DNA of 63,746 nucleotides, filler included, from Lenisia limosa (lineage: Eukaryota; Protista; Breviatea): NCBI GenBank assembly GCA_001655205.1. It is 16 parts of 16 records of this genome, joined end to end, with 100 filler letters (N's around TTAATTAATTAA, not from the genome) between each part and the next. Parts side by side here need not be neighbours in the genome. Positions count along the whole stretch, not along the records: positions 9,558 to 18,430 come from LPNZ01003935.1; positions 18,531 to 19,614 come from LPNZ01004528.1; positions 19,715 to 22,880 come from LPNZ01008732.1; positions 22,981 to 26,139 come from LPNZ01001772.1; 12 more parts are not named here. One strand, 5' to 3'. Positions 13,284 to 26,030 of this stretch are shown piece after piece (positions within the stretch are counted from its first letter, which is position 1; every line of letters begins with the position of its first letter). The translations under genes were made by a program, and so were the position numbers. The notes beneath the pieces were generated by a model. That model was not told where the DNA came from. It searched no databases and saw nothing but the letters and a program-made list of their open reading frames with translations.

Positions 13284-16200
13284 TTAACTTGCGTCCACCT
13301 CCATTTTAAAGGGAAAACAAAAAATATGAAACGCACTATTAAGGTATCCATACTTCATCACACCATCGCTATTAAAATATACTCACCTGCCTGAGATCGA
13401 TGCAATTGTTCAAACAACGAAATTTCTTTCTAAAAAATATTAAGTAACCAAAAAACCTTACTTCAAGTTGGACAATTTTCTTTAAACCCAGCATGTAGTC
13501 TTCCTAGGAAAAATAAAAAGCAACTGTCAAACCTTCGTTTTAGAATTAATACTTTCCTTCGCTGAGAGAATTAGCTAAGATTGAAACAAACCAAACCCTT
13601 TTCCGCTTCAACTCGACTGCTTAACAGAGAAACCTTTTTATTTAAGTCAGCTATATCTGATTCTAATAGGAATGAAGAGTAACACTTGTCCAAAAAAAAA
13701 ACTAACCAAGCTCTGAGTTAGAAGCTTCTAAAGCTGCAACATACTCTGACATTTCGACCAAATCTGATTCTAATTGTTTGTTTTTGGATTTGAAAATATC
13801 TGATGTTTCAGCTTGAAGTGATGTATCTAGAGTTTTAAAAAAACCCCACAATACACCCACTGTCCACTTTCCGCTTGATAAACTCAATAACTTGTTGGTA
13901 AAGATCCCTTCTGAAAGGAATAAAAAACGATCATTCCCATACCCATTTTCACCATCAGGGATAGAGTGACATTCAATTAACAACTGCCTCAACAAAGACT
14001 CTTGACCTCTCTCAGAAGTTATGTCCTTCGCAACACGTGCCACATCCATTGTATTGCTATATGTATCAGATTGGCTCCTTGTAATTAACAGTAACCGCGT
14101 TAAAAAGTGACCAATATGTTTTTTCTGCAGGGAAATCGGATTTTGAATCTTTTTTTTATACGCTCAGGCCGCGTTCGACCACCCTTAGATTTTCTTAGAT
14201 TTTAGATTTTGTGTTCAACAATCTAATTGTTTTCTTAAATATTTGACTTCAAAAGACCACACATCTCGAGCCCGCTAATAAATCTAAACTTTGCACGTGA
14301 CTCTCAGTGACCATTACTAGCTTGTGCTTAAACACATTTATCGGCCTCAAAGAGTAATATAATTTGTTTCCAATTTTCTCAACAAAAGCATCTTCTAGTT
14401 GGTTCCCCTTTCCTAAATAGAGCAAATCTTTTTTTCTTCTTCTTAAAACCTCCTTTCTATCCTAAAATTAGGGTCTTAACCTAAAGTGGAAGCTGTAGGA
14501 ACAAATAATAGTTGGTTTTGCGTTAACTTTGACCATCTTTCTTTAACTATACTTTTGCTATTCTTGATCAGTTACAGAAAACTTTCTTTACCTGTGAAAT
14601 TGTCATTTACATGGCTAGGAAGCTAGAAACTCATTCAGCAAACTCTAGCCATATATACTGGTACAAGATAAGCTTAGATTTGTGGTCGAACACACGTGCC
14701 TAAATTCTTTAGTATCTAAACTTTCAAATTTGAAAAATATATATACTATCCAAGCAGTCGAACGCGGAATCAAGGCCCTACATTTATGATTCCAGGGGAA
14801 AAAAAAAATTTCACATGAATTTACTGAATGGATTCATTAAAATAAGTGAAAATGTGTATCTGTTGGAAAAATTGGGAGAAAACAATGAATTTTGTGAATA
14901 ATGCAGAGCATATAGTCTACATTCGGGCTCATAATGAAATGAAATTACGTCAATTTACTACTCTTTCATTTTCCTTGATTTTACTCCGTTTTACAATATT
15001 AAGAAATATGGATAACTCATCTTTTCAAAAGCACGAATATATACATGTGGTATATATATTATACGATATCGATATGTATTGTTTTTTTAGATCAAAACTC
15101 TACTCCGCTTGTTCAAAATTCCTCTAAAATTGTATATTTTTACCTAACGTTCACCAAATTAATGAAAATTCGAAATTTCTTACATTATAAACGTCTTCTA
15201 AAATCAAAAAAGTTGTAGAATCCGATTTCCCTGCAGAAAAGACATACCGGTCACTATATATAGAGTATTTATACTGGGGTGGTGGTAATGTCAAGATTAA
15301 CAACTGTCTATCAAAATCTATTTTCGTGCTGTTACTAAATGTACGATTTGCCAAAAGTCTCCAGTGTTTCTCACTTTGGCTTTTGAAAAACAGTGTAACA
15401 GATCATATTTTTATTTTTATCAAAAATAAATATTTTCAGATTATGTGTTTGCACTTAAGGAAACCAACAAAACTCTTAAAAAATTTTCACTTACTGCCTG
15501 CCTTCCCAGCAAACCTAGAAGGATAAGATTCATGAGAAAGGACATATGACCCTCTACATAACCCAAGTAAGCAACCCTGAACCCGTTTTGTGTCAGGGAT
15601 TCAGGAGTTGCCAAAGAATTATCAAAGGCTTGTGATACTAAAAATTAGCCTACTCTAATCTGCAGTTATTGTAAAAAACGTCATCTTCATCGAATTCTAG
15701 TTCTTCACGATATAAATCTATTTGTTGGATAACATCTGAACTGTTGCTTTCAGCAGCTTTCTAAAACAGTAAATAATAAAACAGAAGCAAAACCTCTAAT
15801 AGGTGGTCAAGTCCTGCACTAATAAATTCCGTTCGTAGTTGACAACGCATTGTAACATTATTAGGTTTTAAAATCAGAGCATTAATTAACGCTAAACATG
15901 ATTCCTAAAAGTTTATGAAGAGGTAACTAAACAAACCCAAGTTTCAGATGTACAACTATGATTTACAGATTTAATAATACTTGAAAATCTTGATCGTTGA
16001 TGTAATAATGATCCCCGTTCAGCAAATCCTTGCAAAACCAGACTAAGTGTGTAAACTATTTAAAACTAACGAGTGTCCTTTAAATGAAAACATGGCAAAA
16101 ACAGCAAGCAGCCGAAGAATCAATGGCTGGATTGACTAAAAGTGGATTAATCCAATTGAACTAACAGTGATATGACAGTCAACACATGAAAGTAGAACTG

Positions 16201-17341
16201 CAACACAATGATCTATCAATAAAACTGCTTCCATTCCAACCTAGGCTTGGTAAGTCAAAATGAAACAAACTCGATAGTTCATGAGAATTCCGATGATTGC
16301 AACAGAAGATTCCACAATCTTTTTATCTGTGACATTTCTATTAATAATAAAAAGGCTATTACCTGCTAACATTAACCACAGCTGGTTTCATTGTTGAGAA
16401 AACGGCAGATGGGCCTTCTTCTTCAATGAAAGAGATCATCCAATCTGGGCTAATTGGGTTAAATAACACAAATGTGTTCAAACCCTTGCTCTTCAAGACT
16501 TGACCGAATTAACGCAAGTGAATCAGGTGTAACTTCCCCTGTTAAAAGAGAAACAGCCTAGTATAATACATTTTTCCTAAAAAAACCTCAAGAGGAGATA
16601 AACTCTCAGAATCATTCATTTCCAACACATCTGCCTTTGTTGATGGGTTTTGAATCCGTAATTCTTCAGGTAGAAACTAAGAATAAATACAAAACACTAC
16701 ATTCGCTGGGAGGATCATTGTGGCTCCACGTTTAAGATTTGGACTATAAAAGATATGAGAAAGGTCTTGAAAAAGAAACCCATAAGACGCTTGGTCAGAA
16801 AAATCAGTTAACATTTTGTAAAGTTTTTATCTGTTGATGAAGGAACACAAAAAGTGACCTCATCTCCGTTGGAAATTTGGAGTTGACAATTCTTTCCAAC
16901 AAGTTTACCATTCACAAACGTTCCATTTGCACAAAGTCACAACTAAAAAACCATACCTCCCATCCTCAATCCAGAAATCAAGAACAGAATTCATCATCTT
17001 GAAACTTACAATACAATGAACTGAGGAAACTGTTCGGTCAGGGATTCGCACAACACATTCCTTTGCTCGTCCTATTGAAACTGAAAGGGTGAGCCTTCTC
17101 TCTTCGTGTAACCTTAACTAACCTTGCTGCTCTTCTAAAGCAAATGACTGAAATGAATCTTGAATTGATACCTGAAAGCATGAAACAGAAAATCCCTTAC
17201 CATTCTCCCCCATAGTTTCTTCTTCGGGTGTGGATGTGGATTGTTTTTCATTCTTGTCAGCTTGGCAGTGGTTGGCAAGTGGTTGGCAAGTTGGTTGGGC
17301 AGGTGGCAAGGGCAAGGCAGTGGTGGACAAGTGGGGTCCAT
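13284..17341 (-). CDS. FHA + formin-type GBD/FH3 + coiled-coil protein; many short introns; 3' end uncertain
   Basis: From ATG 17341: LWGRM/VSIQDSFQSFALEEQQ/VSIGRAKECVVRIPDRTVSSVHCI...WIEDGS/ANGTFVNGKLVGKN...NGDEVTF (FHA). Then LALIRSSLEEQGPDWMISF, ILRLLAVFAMFSFKGHS/LVLQGF...RFSSII and CLALINALILKPNNVTMRCQLRTEFISAGLDHLLE (GBD/FH3). Coiled-coil exons at ~14050-13390. Confidence 0.8.
14106..15255. mobile_element. ~1.15-kb segment bounded by 37-bp inverted repeats (putative non-autonomous DNA transposon)
   Basis: 14106-14142 AGTGACCAATATGTTTTTTCTGCAGGGAAATCGGATT against the reverse complement of 15219-15255 AGTGACCGGTATGTCTTTTCTGCAGGGAAATCGGATT (3 mismatches). No clear target-site duplication. 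Confidence 0.6.
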
Positions 17342-17761
17342 GGGGCCGGCGGCGATGAGGGTACCAGGGGCATGATCTCGGATCTCTGAAGATTATAGTG
17401 ATGCCCTAAGGGTAACAGAATTTTATCGTTTACGGTTTCAAAGTCTCTATCATCGGTTTTAGTTAGTCAGTGTATTTATTATTGTAAATTCGGTAAGCGG
17501 TAGGCAATTCACCATCACAGTCTCGAGATCAACGCACTTTGGTTCACCCCCTCAAGAGTTCCGCTCTATTCCGGCATAAAAACACTTTAGTTTGCTTTAA
17601 AAACTCTTGTAAGCGGCGTCAGACCTTCATATTTATGGGACTCTTTCAGGAGTCTTGTCCTCCTCAATTCTTCTCTCTCCAGACTGCCCGTTTTCATGTA
17701 CATCTTACCATTACAAATGCATATAGAGCCCATATAAAACGCATTCCTGTAGATGATTTAA

Positions 17762-18360
17762 TTATTGGGGTTATGACCGTTGTAGCTCGTTTGCTTGGGG
17801 TTATTACGGCTGCAGCTCATTTGCTTGGGGTTATTACGGCTGCAACTCATTTGCTTGGGGTTATTACGGCTGCAACTCATTTGCTTGGGGTTATTATGAT
17901 TGTGGCTCGTTTGCTTGCGTTTATTACGATTGTAGCTCGTTTGTTTGGGTTTATTACGGTTGCAGCTCATTTGCTTGGGGTTATAACGGTTCGGTTGCAG
18001 ATCATTTGCTTGGGTTTATTACAGTTGTAGCTCATNNNNNNNNNNNNNNNNNNNNNNNNNNNNNNNNNNNNNNNNNNNNNNNNNNNNNNNNNNNNNNNNN
18101 NNNNNNNNNNNNNNNNNNNNNNNNNNNNNNNNNNNNNNNNNNNNNNNNNNNNNNNNTGCAGCTCATTTGCTTGGGTTACAACGGTTGCAGGACATTTGCT
18201 TGGGGTTATTTTTGTGGTAGCTGATTAGCATGGTGTTATTACGGTTGCGGCTCATTTGCTTGAGGTAATGACGGTTTCAGATCATTTGCTTTAGGTTATT
18301 ACGTTTGCATATCATTTGCTTGGGATTATTTCGGTTACAGCTCATTTGTTTGGCGTTATT
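17762..18360. repeat. 30-bp minisatellite (TTGCTTGGGGTTATTACGGCTGCAGCTCAT)
   Basis: Head-to-tail degenerate copies without unique spacers, interrupted by an N gap. Confidence 0.92.
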
Positions 18361-18931
18361 ATTTTAGACTACGATTCTAACTACCCTTTTGGTGGTTTAT
18401 TGGGGACATGCTCCTAGCAAGCTTTGTAATNNNNNNNNNNNNNNNNNNNNNNNNNNNNNNNNNNNNNNNNNNNNTTAATTAATTAANNNNNNNNNNNNNN
18501 NNNNNNNNNNNNNNNNNNNNNNNNNNNNNNAAAGACCGGTAAAATATCGATAGTTTTCGAGGATATATCGAGAAATTCAGTCTTTTTTCGAACCGAAGTA
18601 AAGCTCTAGGTTTTAAAAGAAAGTGTATTAAATACAAGACAAGGGAAATACATACACATTAAGACCATATGTCGGGGAAGCTTCCTGAAGCGTTTTGGGT
18701 CCTCTTCCTCTCCATGCAGGGGCCAGACTTCTTTGATGTCTGTAGTTAAATAATAAAAAGTGATAAAAGTGGTCAAAATTAAAAATAAAAAATTATTTAT
18801 TGCAACTACAAACGTTTTTTTGAAAAGCCACCCAATTTTTGAAAAACGGGGGGGGGGGTGTTGTTGCTGTGCACGGAGTTGCAAGGCAAATGATTGATTA
18901 ATTAATATGATACTACAATTCTACATCTCTT

Positions 18932-18980
18932 ATAAGCATGATGGTGTGGACGGCTTCGGCCTGATACTACCTTGTTTTAC
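18932..18980 (+). repeat. Dispersed repeat family C (~50 bp, ATAAGCRTGATGGTGTGGACGGCTTCGGCCWGATACAACCTT)
   Basis: Copies at ~3017-3056(-), 6290-6325(-), 20863-20890, 20953-20985(-), 21596-21627(-), 30377-30432, 34311-34363 and 46387-46425. Confidence 0.75.
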
Positions 18981-18993
18981 CTTTTCTTAATTA

Positions 18994-19087
18994 TAGCTTC
19001 ACTTTCGATTCCAAAAGATCAGAAAAATATCGATATTTATCGAGAATTTATCGAGGACTCAGTCTTTTTGGAACCGAAAGTGAAGCT
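18994..19087. mobile_element. MITE family A copy; partial copies nearby at 18531-18607 and 19291-19375
   Basis: AGCTTCACTTTCGATTCCAAAAGA ... TCTTTTTGGAACCGAAAGTGAAGCT. Confidence 0.8.
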
Positions 19088-20100
19088 TTAATGCAAATAG
19101 TAGGTGAGCGTGTCTTTAGGTTATTGATAATTGTCCATTTACCACCACTATGTCTTGAAGAAACATTATGTCGTGCTGTAGAACCTAACCCTCCAGACGC
19201 GCAGTTAGCGACAGCGCATATTGCTGCGGCCGCCTTCGTGGCTCACTCCTGGGATGGCCCGGCGTGGGGGGGGGGTGTATTATGAAATTTGGGCTTCTCT
19301 ATGGCCAGAAAAAGACCGTCAAAATATCGATATCTTTTTATCGAGAATTTCCCAGGAAATTCGGTCTTTTTGGGTTTCATATTGTTTAGGTTACTTTGAT
19401 TACCCCCTCCTTTTCGCTCACCACTGTAGCCTGTTCGAACGTCTTCCTATAATCCCAGCAAACAACGCAGTAGTTTTACTTGCTCTTTTCCCCAATCTTC
19501 AAAAAGTATCTTGGCTACACTCTGATTAGGGCAGTTTTTTTATTTGTTTTGGGGGTCCAACTCTCGTGTGCTACAAGCCAACAGGGTTGATTTTGGACTT
19601 GTTTTTATTTTATCNNNNNNNNNNNNNNNNNNNNNNNNNNNNNNNNNNNNNNNNNNNNTTAATTAATTAANNNNNNNNNNNNNNNNNNNNNNNNNNNNNN
19701 NNNNNNNNNNNNNNCACTCACAAGCCCCCCTCCTCACGATGCCTTTGTCTTCATCATTAAGCGTCTCAAGCGTCTTCGAGAGATGATTCCTGAAATGGTC
19801 ATGAAAACACAGGAATATGAGAAAGTAGCGTATGACCATGAAAAGACGGGAAAATGTTATTTTTTTATTATTATTATGCAGTAAAGTCTCTGTTGAAACT
19901 AGGATCATAGAGATCTGGCGGTTGACTGTCTGGGGGAGGGGGCAAAGAAACATAGTGGGAGCGGTCGTCATACACTATACCTAGGGTAAGGGGGCGGAGG
20001 TATACGTTTATATTTTGATTTCGTAGTCTTGGCATTGTGGTACTTATCGGCTGGCCTTAGCAGTGTTCTTCATGGGGTAGCAAATATTATACTCACCAAG

Positions 20101-20185
20101 AGGGCTTCCCAAAGAGTGATTTTCTCGATAAATCCTCGAAAAATATTGAGATTTTACCGATCTTTTTTGGACCGTAGTGAAGCCC
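20101..20185. mobile_element. MITE family A copy with left-arm deletion; another partial copy at 21761-21848
   Basis: Shared core TCTCGATAAATCCTCGAAAA and right end GTGAAGCCC. Confidence 0.7.
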
Positions 20186-23100
20186 AACTCACTACATTGC
20201 CCCCCCCCCAGCATACCAGGTTCCCTCAGTACTTAGCCGCTGAGCCTCCTTCCTCATTTCTGACGTGATTTCAACACCGTCCAGCTGCCACGCGTAAAAA
20301 CAGAGAGAACGGGATAGTGTAGTTATTTATTTAAGAGTAAAGTCAAGACTTATCCCGGTCACTGTGTACTGTACGATATCTTTTTAATTTTAAAAATCCA
20401 AATGAACAGAGCACAAAAAAAGAACTCAAATATAGGACATTCAAATTGGCCTGGAGCTATAAGAATGGTAACAAATGTTTATGCAATCTCAATAGATATG
20501 AGATATGAGAAAGAGATGATGTATTCTAAGACTTTATTTAATGTATGTTATCTTATTCTCAAAAAAATCAGAAGGGGAAGTAACTGCAAAGTTATACCTA
20601 TTGTCAAAATTATATTTCCCTCGGCTGCCCCCCCCCCNNNNNNNNNNNNNNNNNNNNNNNNNNNNNNNNNNNNNNNNNNNNNNNNNNNNNNNNNNNNNNN
20701 NNNNNNNNNNAACCCCCCCCTCTGCAACATCCTACCGTTTTCAGTTTCGGCAGACAGTGCACGATGAAGTGCTGAAAAGAGAGAATTGACGAGGCCGAAG
20801 GATTGTCTGTTGCAGTTAAAGAAATACAGAGTTTTAAGAAAGAAAATGATAAATACATAAACAAGTGGACGGCTTTGGTCAGATATTTTATTTCTTTTTG
20901 AGTAGAATGTAGAAGATTACTATAAGAAAAGATAACACAAATCAAGAAGTAGAACCTGGCCGAAGTCGTCCACACAATCACGCTATCAGAGATACTAAAT
21001 TGATATTCTTACATTCCAGGAATAAACTGGAATAAAAAACACACAACAATCCCCACCAGCAAGGTTGAGGCTTTTGAGACTTGGGACCTTTAGAAGGGNN
21101 NNNNNNNNNNNNNNNNNNNNNNNNNNNNNNNNNNNNNNNNNNNNNNNNNNNNNNNNNNNNNNNNNNNNNNNNNNNNNNNNNNNNNNNNNNNNNNNNNNNN
21201 NNNNNNNNNNNNNNNNNNNNNNNNNNNNNNNNNNNNNNNNNNNNNNNNNNNNNNNNNNNNNNNNNNNNNNNNNNNNNNNNNNNNNNNNNNNNNNNNNNNN
21301 NNNNNNNNNNNNNNNNNNNNNNTGAATTAATAGACAAAAGAGAGAAATAAAACCCTGAGATAACACAAAGTATCAAACAGTTACGAACCAGAGAGGGGGG
21401 GTGGTGTAGTAGAGAGGGTGGAAAGCGAAGAAAATTGCATTGAAGAATATTGGCTCAGTATTGGGGAAATACACAAGGTTAAAACTACAAAACAAACAAG
21501 CTAGGCAAGTTACTTTTGTGTAAGAAATCATATGAGATGATGGTATTTTGAAACTGAAAATCATCATGCGCGGTATAAGATACAGATATATCAATGAGAA
21601 ATAAAAAATAAGGTTGTACCTGGCCGANNNNNNNNNNNNNNNNNNNNNNNNNNNNNNNNNNNNNNNNNNNNNNNNNNNNNNNNNNNNNNNNNNNNNNNNN
21701 NNNNNNNNNNNNNNNNNNNNNNNNNNNNNNNNNNNNNNNNNNNNNNNNNNNNNNNNNNNTTCTGTTCAAAAAAAAAGACCGAATTTCTCGATAAATCCTC
21801 GAAAACTACCGATATTGTGACGGTCATTTGCGAACCGAAGTGAAGTCTTAATATTCCACTCACCTAGACAAATCGAGGTAGGACAGCGACGGGTACATTT
21901 GGAGGTTTTCCAGCCCGGTCCGAATCTGATTATTTGACAGAATCAAGGCCTGGATCACATTCGCTGAGGTATTAGTATTGTGGGGTAAGGGATAAAATTG
22001 GAGAATTAAGGTAAAACAAAATTATCCATGAACAAGCGTAGTTGCACAGTTGGGGGATTACGTTGTTTCGATCTCATAATACATGTTATTGACGTAGGCC
22101 ATGGAGGTAAAGTAATTTTGTAAATGGGGATCTGAAGTACTTGACTGGATATTGAAATAGGCGGCTATTTTTTACCGTGAATTGATGACTTTTCGCGACA
22201 ACTCGTGAGAATATACGAAACAAAGGGGGTAAATTGGAAATTTGAAATAAAAAAGCCCAAAATTAACTCAGGGGGTGGGGTAAGGAAGGAGGATGGGGTG
22301 ACTGGATGTACTAGTTGGGTATTGACGTGACTGGTGTTACTAGTTTCGCAAAAAAAGGCTGTTTCAATGCTACTTTCAGTATCAATACCCCCCCCCCCNN
22401 NNNNNNNNNNNNNNNNNNNNNNNNNNNNNNNNNNNNNNNNNNNNNNNNNNNNNNNNNNNNNNNNNNNNNNNNNNNNNNNNNTCAGTGAAGCGATTTTGTG
22501 ACAGGTTCAGAACTAGCAAACTGGTATATCTGAAACGCGTGATGAGAAGGAATGGTACACAGTTGCCTTTGATCAGGGACATCAACATCCCCACGTTTAA
22601 GAATAATATTAACCACAATGAAAAAACACAACAAAAAAAAAAAACTCCCATACTATCGTAAAAGAAGAATTATGTAATAAATCTTGATAAATACTGCTGT
22701 AATTAATACCAATGTCACTCCTGGCACTCCTATCACCCCCTTGTAAGCCCCCAAAGCAATCCTCACCCCTATTCTTATCACCCCCACGTCAAACGCCCCT
22801 GATAAACCATCCTATGACCCACATCATAAACCATCCTATTACCCCCTTATCAACTCCCCCATATCAACCAGAGTAACCCCNNNNNNNNNNNNNNNNNNNN
22901 NNNNNNNNNNNNNNNNNNNNNNNNTTAATTAATTAANNNNNNNNNNNNNNNNNNNNNNNNNNNNNNNNNNNNNNNNNNNNCCCCCCCCCCATCCAAAACA
23001 TGGAACGTTTCATTGATGCGAATAATGAGCCCAAAAGTTGATATGAAGCGACACATCTTTCACAGGTATTTTTGTAGTTTTTACAAGTAGAGTATTCGCT

Positions 23101-24779
23101 TACCGTTATGTGGAGGCTCATCAAACGACCAGTGGCACCAGGGCAACGAATCAATGTCCGAGAGGGGAGCATTAGTGTCTGAATAGTGAGACAGTTGAAA
23201 AAAGAACTGCGTAATTGAAATTTATTGTTAACATACAACACAATATCTATCTGAAGTAATACGCCATAAATCGCAGTTGGGGGGGGGGGGAGAAAAATTG
23301 GAAAATTTATGAAACAAAAAACTAACAACAAAACAAACAAAACCCAAGCCAGTCGCTTCTGCAGTAAGATTTGAAAATATATGAAATGAAAAGCTCAAAA
23401 ATAACTCTGTTTGTTGACAACACATGAGGGTTGATAACGGGGTATTAGGGGGGAATTAAATTAGGAACCAATACACTTTATGCTAGGAAAATAATGATTC
23501 AATTTGGGGTAACAAATGTTGTCTTGATGTACGAAAAAAGCCTACCATCCGGGAGAAATACGCACGGGAGGATCTGGTCACGGTAGCTGACAATCCAATT
23601 AAGGGGGTTTTGTGTGACAGTCTCAAGAATAAGACCGGAATGGTTGCTTTCGTTCTAAAACCATCAAAACGGGGCCTTTGGGACAAACCTTCGGTCTGAG
23701 AAGATTGCCAATTGCGGTGTGAAGGTCTAGAACCGACCAGTCCAGGAAGGTTCCTTTGAGGCCACTACTGTAGGCGCTGGGTGCAGTACGTTCTGAAACA
23801 GTTGATCAAACATTGAACACACTTTTGTTTAAATATCCACTTATATATGTATTCCTACCTGCGAAAGAGTCCAAGACATTCAGGAACATCCGGCGGGCAG
23901 TTGCAGCGGTTCTTTCGGACGCCGCTCCGAGCTCACCAGGGACCACCCCTATCTTTGTCAGCATAAAACTGGTTGGCTTCGGTAATCCTGTCCGCCTCGA
24001 TGCAATGGTGAATGGATAGAGTCAGAACACTGATAGAAAAAGAGCCTTCAATTTTGCAGATTTTATAGTTATTATGAGAAATTAGAAGCAATATCAAGAG
24101 TTTATTTGATATTGAATAGTATCCCTCAGAACAAGTGGAGAATGGTGCGTAAGAATAAAAGTTTGGGTTGGAGAACGTTAGGTTTTTTACTCAAACTCAT
24201 ACCGAAATAAGTTGTTTTTTCAAATAATATATAACTGACCAGTGTAGGAATTGAACCCACTGGTTTCAGAAATTAATTGGCACCTAAAAGACGCATCTTT
24301 ACTCCCCATTCGTAAGAATATATTTGATCATATACGCCTACTAGACCTAAGGGGCAGCCAAGGGGAAGGTTATACATTTCGGGAAATTTGTCAAATTTTG
24401 TCTCGTATTTTATGCTAATATCATGATCCCTTACGGGACATGGAGGACAGGGGATGGGGAAAGAAAGGAAACTTTGGTGACATGTCATCGGAATGTCAAA
24501 ATTATTACTAAGGTGCTTGACGTTGGACCTATCACCGAAGGAGTACTGCAAATCGCAGATGTACCAATGGCACCTGGTGAGCAGATTGTTACAATCAAGG
24601 AGGATGAGGTTGTTGCAAAATAGGAGGACCTTAAGAAGATTCGAAAACAACAATTTGCCACAACTTTTGGAGGTCTTGGTGGTCCACAAGTTAGCTTCAA
24701 TGGTTTCAATACTCGCTCTAAAGTAGCAATAAAAAGTGTATTATCTTTCAAAATAAAATAGTGTGACAAATAACAGATA

Positions 24780-26030
24780 AAAAAAAAAACCTCACTGACC
24801 TTCTCATGAAACTCATTTAGCTCCCTTTCAATATCAGCATTTGACTTTAGAGGAAGCGCTTGGAGCTTAATAACTTCAGAATGCTTGATGACATGACCGT
24901 CATTTCCGTCTTTATACGCCTTTGTGGCAATCGGAATAGAATTTGCATGCTGAATGTAAATGGAATTCTAGGAATAATATAATACAAACATGTGGCTGGA
25001 AGCAGCTTTCCACAATAGAAGACAATAATGACGAATTATTTTTCAAAATCGTACTAGGAATAAGAAGGAATGTATTGCCAACCTTCGTTTCATATGGTGC
25101 TGAAAGGTCGGAAAGTGAGTGATAATAGAGGAACTAGAAAATCAAGTAAGTAAAAAAGCTCTGGCAAACCTCGCTCGACGAAACAGAAATCACCATCGAG
25201 TTGGTGAAATCGAAGGAGAGTGAAGTTTTATCTCCAGTATTTACTGACGCAGCTTGAACTGGCCGATTATAGTTGAAGTCGTCTGTGGTTCTCTGCCAGA
25301 TCGTCGTTCCCCCTTACTGTATTCGGGATATGCCATATTCAAATGTTTGGCCTTCATATCCAGCAGATCATCCTGAATTCGACCAATTTGCCTCAGCGAA
25401 TACCCCACCCCACTTCGAGCGAGTGCTCTTGATAACTATATATTCGTTAAAAACAATGCCAACAGCAAACCGATTTCGATCCAGTCCCAATCGCAACAAC
25501 AGAAAGGTTCTTCGTCATGGAAAATAGTTCGGGAATTCTTTAGTGCTGTCTCCTTACCAAATTCAGTGTAATGCTCTACAATTTGAATCTGTTGGCAGTT
25601 AAACGAGCTTTGGACATGGGTACGATGTGAAGTGGTTGAAAGGCAATCGAATACAATGACGGATTATCATTGGACTATTATACCATGAGCTGGAGAAAAT
25701 CTGAGTTACAGTTCCTCTGCCATCTGCTTGGAAACATTTATCATTCCTTGTAACAAGAGATCAGACTGCTCAACCACTAAAAGTTGGAAAATGACTAAAG
25801 CAAATAATATCTGCAGGTGACCTCGTAGTCCGACAGGTGGTGGGGTCTCAGGCTCTACGAAAATGACAACAAAAACGAGACTAAACCTCGCTTCAGCGCA
25901 AAACCGGTCTTTTTCTTTTTCAGAGGTGATGGGGGCAATGTGGCAGCGTCCGGATCTGAATGTAACCAGCAAAATAACCTTACAGTTACCCTTCATCTTC
26001 ATTACTGGGGCTAAATTGGAAATCACCCAG
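24780..26030 (-). CDS. Unidentified multi-exon gene with short introns
   Basis: Open AG/GT-bounded segments such as NSIYIQHANSIPIATKAYKDGNDGHVIKHSEVIKLQALPLKSNADIERELNEFHEK and NRPVQAASVNTGDKTSLSFDFTNSMVISVSSSE. No domain recognised and phases not fully resolved. Confidence 0.35.

Noticed and set aside
12400-17400. AT-rich block as plant or organellar contamination
   Set aside because: It resolves into a spliced FHA-GBD/FH3 gene and carries the same repeat families (B, D) as other scaffolds.
17762-18360. 30-bp repeat as a CRISPR array
   Set aside because: Units are contiguous with no unique spacers, no cas genes are present, and the context is eukaryotic.
22065-22106. IHVIDVGHG, resembling the ComEC/metallo-beta-lactamase DVGQG motif
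   Set aside because: Isolated short match with no downstream HxHxDH in any splice-compatible frame I could find.
24236-24275. tRNA T-arm-like GTGGGTTCAATTCCTAC on the minus strand
   Set aside because: No matching acceptor stem, D arm or anticodon arm upstream.
24273-24769. Three overlapping ORFs on both strands as an overlapping-gene system
   Set aside because: No domain match, and antisense openness is expected for one coding exon. The true frame could not be determined.
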